Assembly (NCBI GenBank): GCA_963724295.1
Contig: CAVRUC010000008.1
Coordinates: forward strand, 160,001 to 224,000
Source of the DNA: an uncultured Chloroflexia bacterium
GTDB taxonomy: Bacteria; Chloroflexota; Chloroflexia; Thermomicrobiales; UBA6265
DNA: 64,000 nucleotides
Direction of reading: 5' to 3'
Part shown: one piece after another, positions 42,680 through 52,196 of the stretch
Position numbering within the stretch: position 1 is the first letter of the stretch
Layout: each line of letters begins with the position of its first letter
Translations under genes and position numbers: made by a program
Notes under the pieces: generated by a model
Seen by the model: only the letters and a program-made list of their open reading frames with translations
Database searches by the model: none
Told to the model about the DNA's origin: nothing

Positions 42680-43607
42680 GGCGATCGAAGGGCTCGAGGC
42701 AGCGGCCAGGACCCCAGGAAGTTCGACCGTAGCTGATGCGCCACTCACGTCAGCGCGACAGCAATCTTCCGGATTCCGCCTGCTGCGCCGGCTGCGCGGC
42801 GAGCGCAAGGCGATGGTGGGTCTGGTCATCATCGCGCTCTTGGCACTGATCGCCGTCTTCGGCCCGATGTTGGCGCCCTATCATCCTGATAACGACGATT
42901 TCGAGCTGCTGCAACCGCCCAGCCTGCAGCACCCCATGGGAACCGATTCCTTCGGGCGCGACCTCTTCAGCCGGTTGATCATTGGCACGCGGGTGTCATT
43001 CTCGGTGGGCTTCCTCGCGGCGGCGATCGCCGGCGTCGTGGGCGGACTGCTCGGCATCACCGCCGGCTATTACGGCGGTTGGGTTGATAGTCTGATCTCG
43101 CGCGCGGTCGACCTTCTCTGGGCCTTCCCGGTCATCATTCTCGCCGTCGCCCTCGTCGCCATGTTCGGCGCCGGCTTCCACAACGTCGTCATCGCCATCG
43201 CACTGGCCTACGTCGACGACTTCGCGCGGATCGTGCGCGGGGAGACGCTCGGTCTGCGGGAGCAGGACTTCACCCTGGCGGCCCGTGCCTTGGGAGCGCG
43301 CGACCGCGGGGTGATGGCCCGTCACATCGGACCAAACCTCGTGGCCCCATTGACCGTGCAACTCTCCTTTGCCGTCGGTCTCGGCATTCTCGCGGAGTCG
43401 ACGCTGACGTATCTCGGGTTGGGCGTCAACCCAACGACCCCAACCTGGGGTCTGGCGCTCAACGAGGGCCGCGATTTCATCCGTCAGGCGTGGTGGATCA
43501 GCGTCTTCCCGGGGCTGGCCATCGTCATTACCGTCATGGCCCTCAATCTGCTCGGCGACGGTCTGCGCGATGCGCTCGACGTGCGGGGGGTCAGCGATGC
43601 GGGGTGA
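42672..43607 (+). CDS. Opp/Dpp ABC permease (DppC-like)
   Basis: HPMGTDSFGRD, AARALGA, PTWG, NLLGDGLRDALD. Confidence 0.93.
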   Translation: MARAIEGLEAAARTPGSSTVADAPLTSARQQSSGFRLLRRLRGERKAMVGLVIIALLALIAVFGPMLAPYHPDNDDFELLQPPSLQHPMGTDSFGRDLFSRLIIGTRVSFSVGFLAAAIAGVVGGLLGITAGYYGGWVDSLISRAVDLLWAFPVIILAVALVAMFGAGFHNVVIAIALAYVDDFARIVRGETLGLREQDFTLAARALGARDRGVMARHIGPNLVAPLTVQLSFAVGLGILAESTLTYLGLGVNPTTPTWGLALNEGRDFIRQAWWISVFPGLAIVITVMALNLLGDGLRDALDVRGVSDAG

Positions 43608-43850
43608 GTGCTCCCTGCGGTCGCGGTGAGGGCTCCCTGCGGTCGCGGTCATTGTTCGCTGCGCTCACGGTGATGGGTGAGCACTCGCTTTGCTCCTGGT
43701 GAGTACTCGCTGCGCTCGTGGTGTCAGGATGGTTACTCGCTACGCTCGTGGTGAAGGGGACCCCAGGGGACTGGGGACTGGGTGTCGGGCGAGGAGTTCT
43801 TCCTGACACCCTGTGACCCCGACACCCGTTACCCGTCACCCATCACCCAT
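43604..43850. repeat. Tandem ~22-bp hairpin units (6 copies) plus heptamer arms
   Basis: Units gtgagtgCTCCCTGCGGTCGcg, gtgagggCTCCCTGCGGTCGcg, gtcattgTTCGCTGCGCTCAcg, gtgagcaCTCGCTTTGCTCCtg, gtgagtaCTCGCTGCGCTCGtg, ggttaCTCGCTACGCTCGtg. Confidence 0.85.
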
Positions 43851-44070
43851 CGTCCGGTAGTCCCCAGGTCTCCGAAAGGATGCCGCCGGTGACGAGGCGG
43901 ACGCAGAGGCCGGCGTGGCAGCCGTTCGCCGGGCAGGCGGGGGTACAGAAATGGCGGCGGCCGCAGGGAAGGCAATAGGCCTTCCGGCAGCCGCCACACC
44001 AGCCGTATGGCTCAGCTAGCTCGGTCCCGCAGTCGGCGCAGAGCTGGATGCTCCGGCAATTGGTTTCCAG
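43843..44070 (-). CDS. Small Cys-rich putative zinc-finger protein (missed by ORF track; start uncertain)
   Basis: Open frame LETNCRSIQLCADCGTELAEPYGWCGGCRKAYCLPCGRRHFCTPACPANGCHAGLCVRLVTGGILSETWGLPDDG*; CTG start or an upstream frameshift. Confidence 0.65.
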   Translation of the reverse strand: METNCRSIQLCADCGTELAEPYGWCGGCRKAYCLPCGRRHFCTPACPANGCHAGLCVRLVTGGILSETWGLPDDG

Positions 44071-44225
44071 GGTTCAACCACGAGAACGCGGGATCGCTCA
44101 TCTGGAGAATGGCTGAGCGACTCGGAGAGCCCACGATGTCAGGCATACACGCGCCACCAGCGGGCGGTACTGCCGGACTGGTGGTGCCACCCGCTCCTGC
44201 CCGTCTCATCCATTGCGTGCGCGCG

Positions 44226-44591
44226 CTAACTGACGAAGGCGAGGTTGTAGTCGCCGCCAGAAGCGTCGGCGATCGCCGTGCCGCCGTCGACCGCGATGCC
44301 GAGCCCAGTAGTGTTCAGGATCGTGCAGCCGGTGACGTCGGGATCTGGGCCGAACGTGTCGCCAATTCCAATTGCACAGCCGGTGTTCCCGCCGCTGTTG
44401 ATGTCTCCGACGGAGACCGCGCCGCCATTAGCGGAAGCCGTGGCGACACCGCCATTGCCCGCGGAGGCGATGTCGATGAACTCATCGCCATCACCAAAGA
44501 ACCGGTCTCGCAGGCCCTGCGCCGCCGCATCGGCGGTTGCCAGGATCCCCGCCGCAGCCCCAACTGCTGCCCCATTGATGCGATGTCTCAT
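44226..44591 (-). CDS. Secreted Gly/Asn/Asp-rich small protein
   Basis: AAAAGGAG SD; signal-like N-terminus ending AAA-Q; GNGGVATASANGGAVSVGDINSGGN, ASGGDYNLAFVS. Confidence 0.8.
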   Translation of the reverse strand: MRHRINGAAVGAAAGILATADAAAQGLRDRFFGDGDEFIDIASAGNGGVATASANGGAVSVGDINSGGNTGCAIGIGDTFGPDPDVTGCTILNTTGLGIAVDGGTAIADASGGDYNLAFVS

Positions 44592-44731
44592 GCGTCGACT
44601 CCTTTTCCCGGCGGGACTCGCACTGTGTGCGGTCCCGGTACGTCGCTGGGGAGCCTGATGCCCCGAAACGTTCAGCAGATCGAGCGAACAGCTCGAACTG
44701 CCACAAGCCATCGCATCATCCGTGCCAGTAG

Positions 44732-44930
44732 ACGAGTCAGTGAGTCGGCAAGTCGGTAAGTCGGTAAGTCGAGAGGATACGGCCAACGGTGGGTGTCGGA
44801 GGTTACAGGGTGCCCGGGGGCAGGGAGCACGACCTCTCACCTCCCGACACTCCCACCCGCCACCAGAGCGGAGCGAGTAATACCCGATACCGATCACCCC
44901 ATCACCCATCACCGTGAGCGCAGCGAACAC
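44732..44930. repeat. Composite element: (GTCGGYAA)n arm, CCCATCA arm and an inverted 22-bp hairpin unit
   Basis: GAGTCGGCAAGTCGGTAAGTCGGTAAGTCG ... ATCACCCCATCACCCATCACCGTGAGCGCAGCGAACAC. Confidence 0.75.
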
Positions 44931-46142
44931 TCACCCTCGATCGTCCAACGGGCTGAACACGCGTCTCGCGGACCAGTCTGGCCAGGGTGAAGACCGCCAG
45001 CCAGCCCGCGATGGAGAGCACCCAGGCGCCACCAGAGAGCCCGACCGCGGCGGCCACGGTCCAACCAGCAGCGGCCCTGTCACCGCCCCCACGTCACCGA
45101 TCAACCGCCAGACACCGAGGAACTCGCCGGTGGCCCCCGGCGGCGCGAGGTCGGCCCCCAGCGTCATCATCAGACCGGAACCCAGCCCGTTACCCAACCC
45201 GATCAGCATGGCCACCAGCAGCAGGGTCAGGAAGTCGTGAGTGAACGGGATCAACCCGATACCGAGGGCCATCAGCGCGAAGCTCGGCACGGCGGCGACC
45301 TTGCGTCCAAAACGGTCCATTAGCATCCCGGCCGGGATGAACATGGAGACGTCGAGGATTGCACCCGCGGTGACGATCGTGCCGACCTGCGCCGCGTCGA
45401 GTCCGAGCTGTTCCGATCCCCAGAGCGGGATGATCAGGAAGCGCCCGGCGCGGATCATCTGACCGAGCGTCTGCGCGGTCGCCGCCGCCGACAGGTCGCG
45501 CGCGTTGCGGCGCACACCGGCCCCTACCAGACGCCAGCGGTGCGATGCTCGCAATGCCGACGCACCCCTCACCAACGGTTTGAGGAGGACCGCCGACATG
45601 GCCAGAGCCAGACCGGCAAGTGCCGCCGAGAGCCCGAACGTCGCCTGGATCCCCGCCTGATCGGCGAGCACACCGCCGATGGCCGGCCCAGCGAAGACAC
45701 CGAGGCGGTTGATGCCGCCGAACATGGAGAGTGCTTGCCCTCGTTGCGCGGGTGCTATCGCCTCGGCGATGTAGGCATGTCGCGACAGCGCCCAGACCGC
45801 GGCGCCGATACCGGCCAGGAACCGCAGCAGCACGAGCCTCGGAAACTGCTCGCTCCAGACGAGACTGAGGGTACTCACCGCAACGAGCCCGGAGCCGAGG
45901 ATCATCGCGGGTCGCAACCCGACCCGCCCCAGGACCGCGCCAGCGGGGACATCGGTCAGCAGCGTGCCGATGGCGGCGGCGCTCGAGGCAAATCCGACCA
46001 GACCGTAGCCAACGCCAAAGCCCGCGGCGTAGAGCGGCAAGATAGCGATCAGCAGCCCCTCGGCGAACGCCAGGAGCAGCGTCGGCACGTAGACGGCGAC
46101 GAGGAGCGGCGAGCGATAGGCAGGGACAGGACGATCCGCCAG
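44931..46142 (-). CDS. MFS transporter (C-terminal frameshift near 45060; CTG start candidate)
   Basis: Multiple TM helices, G.LMDRFGRK motif, RFLAGIG; in-frame CTG at 46142 after GGAGAG. Confidence 0.88.
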   Translation of the reverse strand: MADRPVPAYRSPLLVAVYVPTLLLAFAEGLLIAILPLYAAGFGVGYGLVGFASSAAAIGTLLTDVPAGAVLGRVGLRPAMILGSGLVAVSTLSLVWSEQFPRLVLLRFLAGIGAAVWALSRHAYIAEAIAPAQRGQALSMFGGINRLGVFAGPAIGGVLADQAGIQATFGLSAALAGLALAMSAVLLKPLVRGASALRASHRWRLVGAGVRRNARDLSAAATAQTLGQMIRAGRFLIIPLWGSEQLGLDAAQVGTIVTAGAILDVSMFIPAGMLMDRFGRKVAAVPSFALMALGIGLIPFTHDFLTLLLVAMLIGLGNGLGSGLMMTLGADLAPPGATGEFLGVWRLIGDVGAVTGPLLVGPWPPRSGSLVAPGCSPSRAGWRSSPWPDWSARRVFSPLDDRG

Positions 46143-46717
46143 GAGTTCTCTCCGGTGGGTGAGTTGGCTATCAGCTATCGACCGCCAGAGTCAGGGAGCG
46201 GCCAGGAGCCAATGGTCTGCTTCATCCTCGGCAGAAGCGTACACCGGTCGCATTGGCCGGCGGGAAAGACGCTTTGATCGCCTTTCATGCACAATGAAAG
46301 CGGTTCGTGCAAACCGCTTCACGGGGAATTGGGCAGCGGTGGGCGCAGCAGGTGTGGCGATTTCGCGGCCACGGCGTTCTCTTGTGGAAAGACTCATGCA
46401 AAACTCCCCTGGTTGAAGATCTAATCTGGTGGGCAGCTCTTCCGCCCCGGGATCGTCAGTCCCACCCTTGCGGGCCGGGTGGGAGCACCACTGTGGTGAG
46501 TGCGAGCCCGCGACCGTGGCGGGCTCGTTCGCGGGCTGGCGGAATCTCCTCGACCCCCGTCGGCGCAGGTTCATGTCCGAGAGGGTGGCCCGTCGCCGCA
46601 CTGTTCGCGAATTGACAACACCGTTGTTCCTGCCTTGACTGCTGCCGGGTGAGAGCGGACCTACCGTGGAACCGAGCAAGGAGGACCTTGCCGCGGCAAT
46701 GCGAGTGGAGGACCGAG

Positions 46718-47326
46718 ATGACCCAAGCAACGACACGATCGCCGATTACCCGACAATGGACAGCTGGACCAAGGGGCGACGAACGCGCGGGGCTCCCGAT
46801 GGCGTCTCGGCGCGGGTCCCGGAGAGGGGAGGCACTGCGATGGCTTGGCGCCCTTGCGGTCACGCTTGCTCTCGCCGTGCTGGTGGCCGAGCCTGCTGCT
46901 GCCGCCAAGGATACGGAGATGCAAGCCAACTCCCAGAGTGCAGCCGATGTCTGCACCTTCACCGGTGGGACGGCCATCATGGACTATGACTACAACGTCG
47001 ATGGTTCGGTCAGCTCCATCCAGACGACGTGCGACGGTGGACAGGCGGATGGGCAGGTCTGCACCGCCACACCTTCCTCATTTGAGTGCACGTTTCCGTT
47101 CACCCAACCGCCCAAGACCCCCGTCCAGTCCACCAGACCCGGCGCGGGTGTGGTTGGGGGCGTCGTCGATACCCCCGGCCAGGTCGCACCCGCGTTGGGG
47201 GCGGCCGGAGCAAACCAACGTGCGGTGAAGGCCCATGAGAACGAACCGTCCAAGGCCGAGGCCAAGCATGCCAAAGACAAGGGAAAGAACAAGAGCAAGC
47301 ACGGCGGCAAGGGGCGCAAGAAGTAG
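46718..47326 (+). CDS. Hypothetical secreted/membrane protein with 4 Cys and a Lys-rich tail
   Basis: GGAGG SD; hydrophobic segment ending PAAAA; C-terminus KHAKDKGKNKSKHGGKGRKK. Confidence 0.7.
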   Translation: MTQATTRSPITRQWTAGPRGDERAGLPMASRRGSRRGEALRWLGALAVTLALAVLVAEPAAAAKDTEMQANSQSAADVCTFTGGTAIMDYDYNVDGSVSSIQTTCDGGQADGQVCTATPSSFECTFPFTQPPKTPVQSTRPGAGVVGGVVDTPGQVAPALGAAGANQRAVKAHENEPSKAEAKHAKDKGKNKSKHGGKGRKK

Positions 47327-47378
47327 GTCCTCGGGTCGTGGCTCGCCGTCGCTCTGGCGGCCGGCGCCGACGGTCGCC

Positions 47379-47406
47379 GGCGGGATCCCCATTCGGGGAT
47401 CCCGCC
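47379..47406 (+). terminator. Strong hairpin downstream of the hypothetical gene
   Basis: GGCGGGATCCCC-ATTC-GGGGATCCCGCC 12-bp perfect stem; weak U tail. Confidence 0.55.
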
Positions 47407-47430
47407 ACCTTATGTGGCGGTCGATGCCAG

Positions 47431-47439
47431 TGGTATACT
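47431..47439 (+). promoter_or_regulatory. Extended -10 promoter element upstream of ftsY
   Basis: TGgTATACT about 110 bp upstream of the ftsY start. Confidence 0.45.
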
Positions 47440-47547
47440 CCTGCCGCGCCGCGTCAGCGGCGTATTTTTGTCGTGCCAGAAACCAGCGCCAAGTGTCAGA
47501 CGCGTCATTTCGGCACTGACTAGCTGATCGCCCTCCTGAGGACCCCC

Positions 47548-48510
47548 GTGATCCTGAAGTTCTTCCGCCGCAAGAGTGAGCCCGACGCACAGCTGGAGCA
47601 GGGGCTCGAGAAGACCCGGCGCGGTGTCTTCCTGGAGATCACCCGGCTCTTCGAGCGCGGCGCCCTCGACGACGATCTCTACGAGGAGCTGGAGATGCTC
47701 CTCATCCAGGCCGACGTCGGTTGGGACGTCAGCCAGAAGCTCGTCAGCGACTTGCAGGCGCGGGTCCGCCAGGACGGGATCAGCGATCCCCTCCTCGCTC
47801 GCGAGATCCTGCGCGAGGAGATGATCTCCCTGCTGGAGAGCGCCAGCCGCAACCGCCGGGTCAAGATCCTGCAACGTGGCGTTCCCTTCGTGATCATGGT
47901 CGTCGGCGTCAACGGGGTCGGCAAGACGACCTCGATCGCCAAGCTCGCCGCCTATCACCAGGGGTTCGGCCGCAACGTCCTCATCGCCGCCGGCGACACC
48001 TTCCGTGCCGCGGCGATCGACCAGCTGAAAGTCTGGGGCGAGCGGGTCGGGGCGCCTGTCATCGCTCACGAGCAGGGGTCGGACCCCGGCGCCATCGTCT
48101 TCGATGCCATGCAGGCGGCCCACGCGCGGGGCGTCGACGTGCTGATCGTCGACACCGCCGGGCGGCTGCACACCAAGCACAACCTGATGGCGGAGCTGAC
48201 CAAGTTGCGCCGCATCATGCAGAAGACGGTGCCCGAGGCGCCGCAGGAGACGATCCTGGTCATCGACGCCACGACAGGTCAGAACGGACTGGTGCAGGCC
48301 AAGGAGTTCGCCGGGGCCGTCGACATCTCCGACATCCTCATCGCCAAACTGGACGGCACGGCCAAAGGCGGCATCGCCTTCTCCGTCGCCAAAGAGCTGG
48401 GGACGCCCATTTCCTACGTCGGTACCGGCGAGAAGGCAACCGACCTCGCCGAGTTCCGCCCCGATACCTATGTCGACTCACTCTTCTTCGGTGAGGGCGA
48501 GGGGTTCTGA
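47548..48510 (+). CDS. ftsY: Signal recognition particle receptor FtsY
   Basis: GVNGVGKTT, AGDTFRAAA, DTAGRLH, DATTGQNG, KLDGTAKGG. Confidence 0.97.
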   Translation: MILKFFRRKSEPDAQLEQGLEKTRRGVFLEITRLFERGALDDDLYEELEMLLIQADVGWDVSQKLVSDLQARVRQDGISDPLLAREILREEMISLLESASRNRRVKILQRGVPFVIMVVGVNGVGKTTSIAKLAAYHQGFGRNVLIAAGDTFRAAAIDQLKVWGERVGAPVIAHEQGSDPGAIVFDAMQAAHARGVDVLIVDTAGRLHTKHNLMAELTKLRRIMQKTVPEAPQETILVIDATTGQNGLVQAKEFAGAVDISDILIAKLDGTAKGGIAFSVAKELGTPISYVGTGEKATDLAEFRPDTYVDSLFFGEGEGF

Positions 48511-48559
48511 AGCGCGAAGGGTTGGGTCTCAACCTGTTCAGCACATCGCCTTCGACCCG

Positions 48560-49481
48560 CTAGGGCACCGGTGTGCCGGTCGTGCCTGGCGTGACTGCCG
48601 GGGTGGCCCAGGTGTCTGGATCGCGCACGGCCTCGACTACCTGCCGAATCGCCTCGACCACCAGCTCCGGTCGGTCGAGCTGCAGAAAGTGGTCGCCTTC
48701 CGGAATCGAGACCAATCGCGCATCGAGCACCCGAGCCTGCTCCCGCTGCAGCTCCGCCCAGAGATTCTCGAAGGCAAGATCCGGTGGGGTGCCGGGGCCG
48801 CCGTGGAATCCAGCGGCGAGCACGATGGCCGGCACTGGCGCCGGCGGGTGAGCCATCACCCAGACCCCACTGGCAATGATGTCCAGATGTTCGGGGTCCT
48901 GCGGGTGGAGCCCGCGCATGATGGTGAAGGTCTCTTGCCGCTCCGCTGGCGGCTGCAGCGCCAGCCCAGATGCCAGCAGATCAGGCGGCATGCCATCAAC
49001 GAGCACCAGCCCGGCCACCTCGTCCGGGTACTGGCTGGCATAGAGCCGCACGATCAGACCGCCGAACGAGTGACCGACAAGGACGTAAGGTCCGGAGACA
49101 CCTGCCGTATCGAGCAGCGCGTGAAGATCGCCGACGCTGTCCTGGACGGTCCGCACACCAGCCGGGGCGGGATCGCTCTGGCCAAGTCCAGCACGGTCAT
49201 AGCTGCAGACGCGTGTGGAGCGGGCTATCTCGGGCTGCACTCCCGCCCAGGTGTCAGCGCTGTTCCCGCCACCCGCCTCGAGCACGACGGTGGGCGCGCC
49301 CGTGCCTATACAGGTGATGAAGAGGGCACGGCCGCCGAAGTCGACCAGGATTCCCGAGGGCGACGGTGTCGCCAGCGCCTCCGTCGAGGCTTCGTCTCCA
49401 GCGATAACGCCCATGGGGAGAGCAAGGGCCAGAGCAACGCCAAGCAGGAGCCCAACGCGCCACGGAATGGTGACGATGCAT
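48560..49481 (-). CDS. Secreted alpha/beta hydrolase (probable frameshift in the signal region)
   Basis: PTVVLEAG, VCSYDRAG.G.S, GHSFGG, catalytic His in GDHFLQ; the ATG at 49481 after GGGAGG is out of frame with the hydrophobic signal. Confidence 0.85.
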
Positions 49482-49525
49482 GAACGCCTCCCCGCGAATC
49501 TGTGCGAATCTGTTGAACGACTACG

Positions 49526-51926
49526 CTATGGCGCCGTCTCCGATGCCGCTTGTACGGCCTGCGCGAAGATGGCGTTGACGGTGTCGTCCTCGAGGTTCGC
49601 ATTCGTCAACAGCACGACGGTGGCTCCCGCGGGTAGACGGTACATGCGGGCGACGAACCCGGGGCCGCTCCCGTTCATGCCGATCAGCCCGCCCATCGGC
49701 GTCTGCACCCTCGCCACCCCCATTCCCCATTCGCGGCCCTGCTCGTCAGCCGGGAGGAAGGTGAGCATCGCCTCGAGCGACGCCGGTTCGAGCAGGTCAC
49801 CGCCGAAGAGGGCATTGGCGAACCGCGCCAGATCTCTGGTCGTCGACACCATGCCGCCCTGGGTCCACGCCCACGACAGGTTGATCCCGCTCACGTTGAT
49901 CAGCCCGTCCCCGAGGTGGTGGTACCCCTCGACAGCCCCGCCCGGTACCGGCTCGGCCGCGGCAAAGAAGGTGTCAGCCAGGTCGAGGGGGTCCAGAATC
50001 CTGGTGTGCAGCTGGTCGGTGAAGCTTTGGCCACTCGCCTCCTCAACGATCAGGCCGAGCAGAGATGTAACCGGTGTCCGAGTAGTTCATCCCTTGGCCC
50101 GGGTCGAACTCGGCGGCGTGGCGTGTGCCGTCCACGTAGGTGAGCACCTCCTGCACCGTCCACACTTTCGACCAGTCGGCACCTTCCCCGGTGATCGCGT
50201 CGTCCACGAAGGGGCTGTCCGTCCCGTTGTAGTAGTCGTAGACGCCACTCGTGTGGGTCAGCAGCTGCCGGATCGTGATCCGATCGACGTTGGGGATCCG
50301 AGCGACCACCGGGTCATCGAGCCACTGGCTGACGGTGTCGTCGAGCGTGAGGACGCCGTCATCGACCAGTTGCAGCACGAGCACCGCCGTGAACGTTTTG
50401 GTGATGCTGTAGATACGGAACCGGTCTCCCTGCGCCAGTGGGGTCTGTGTCTCGCTGTTCGCGAGCCCGGCAACTCCGTCAAACAGAACCTCGCCATGCT
50501 GATCGACCGAGAGGGCGACGCCGGTCAATCCCTGCTCGACACTGGACTCAAGCAGCGCAGCAAGGCTGGTACCCGGCCCTGATGACGAGATTGGTGTACC
50601 GGGGGCGTCCGCAGCCCGCGTCTCCGGATTGCGTGCGGCATCCACCACGTCTCGTATCGCCTCGACCACCAGCCCGGGCTCGCTCTGGTGGACGTAGTGC
50701 CCACTCTGCTCCGCGATAACCTGCCGGCTATCCGGCACCAACCCCACCAGATCGGTTTGCAGCTCGCGATGCAGCTGCGGCATGAGCTCGACCGGCCAAC
50801 CAGGCGGGAAAAACGTCGGGATTAGTGAGGGGTCCTCGACTGCCCCCGCCGTCACCACAACCAGCGGCATCGGTCGCAGCGGCGCGGCCACCCGTGCCTC
50901 CCGCACCTGGGCAAAGCCGGCGGTGATATCTATGCCCTCGAAGTTGAGGGTCTGCTGTACCGCCTCCTGGTAGGCCTGCCATAGCTCGGGGGTGACCCTC
51001 GCTTCCAACCGGGCGTCTTGCTCCTCATGCGAGGCGTCGACCAGCACCAGCCCCACGACCTCGTCGGGGTAGATGCTGGCGTACAACCGGGCATTGATCC
51101 CGCCGATGGAGTGGCCAACCAGCACGTAAGGGCCGGGCACCTGTGCCGCGGTGAGCAGGGCATGTAAGTCGTCAACCGCGTCCCGCGCGGTGCGTGGTGT
51201 CGGAGCGGGATCACTCGCCCCGCCAGCCGTGTTGGCGCGGTCGTAGGAGCACACCCGGGAGAATGGAGCGACGGCGCTCTCGACGGCAAACCAGGGAGCC
51301 GCCGGGTCATTGGCGCCCGATTCCAGCACCACCGTCGGACTGCCCGTACCAACACAGGAAAGGTAGATCTTGCGTCCGTTCACCTCGAAGAGACCGTCAA
51401 CACGCCCCATCGCGTTCGTCCGGGTCTCACCCTCTGCCAAGGGGAGTTCATCCGGCGCGACAGTCGGCAGGGACACACCCGGCGGCGGGGGGACAGGAGC
51501 GAAGGTGATCCCCGTGATGCGGTGCGGACTCGCCGTCTCGACTGACAGTGGGACGACCAGCGGTGAACCGGAGCGACCGATCAAGAGCGCATTGACCTGG
51601 TTAGCCGTTGGCGCTCGTGTGAGGCCCTCGAACGTGAACGGAGCATCAGCGGCAAGCTGCTGTATGAGGCCGATCACGAGCTCGGGCGGAGCCTGGGCGA
51701 GGACTGAGGGGGCAATGTGCGCGGTGATCTCGTCCGGAGTCAGCGACGCGCCTCCGTCGTTGAGGACGGTGAGCACCCAGCCCAGTGCCTCGCCGACCGG
51801 GGTGGCAGGAATCTCCGCGGCGATTGCAGGCGTACCGGTTTCCGGGGCTTGACCGACCGCGGGAGTACCGGTGGCAAGCTCCGCGACCATCATCACAGTG
51901 ATCAAGAGGACGGCGATCCGGCGCAT
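49526..51926 (-). CDS. Secreted fusion: N-terminal helical domain + alpha/beta hydrolase + beta-lactamase-family serine hydrolase (frameshift near 50063)
   Basis: GHSIGG and SGHYVH; FRIYSITKTF (SxxK), QLLTHTSG, YSD, GGMVST..DLARF. Confidence 0.85.
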
Positions 51927-52196
51927 GGCGCGCTCCTTGGCACGTGCCAGCGCGTTCGCAGCCTGGCACTCGGAAAGCTCCGCTCAGGCCGGGTGCGCGG
52001 GGTCCGGCATCACGGCACGAGCGACCAGGAGGCACGGATGCGCCGGATGCGTAGCTGTCTGAGGTAATCCCACCATAACACACGCCAGGAGCCTCGTCCT
52101 TCGTACTGTCCCGCGCTCGCCTAAACTAGTAGCGTTCATCTTTCCAACATCACTCAATGGCGCTCTCACCTGCAAGTGCACGTAGCAAGGATCGAC

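Noticed and set aside
43604..43760. CRISPR array
   Set aside because: Units are directly tandem or separated by 10 bp or less, with no unique 25-45-bp spacers and no cas genes
47327..47547. SRP RNA (ffs) near ftsY
   Set aside because: The conserved GGAA-tetraloop helix with CAGG/AGCA motifs was not found; only a terminator-like hairpin is present
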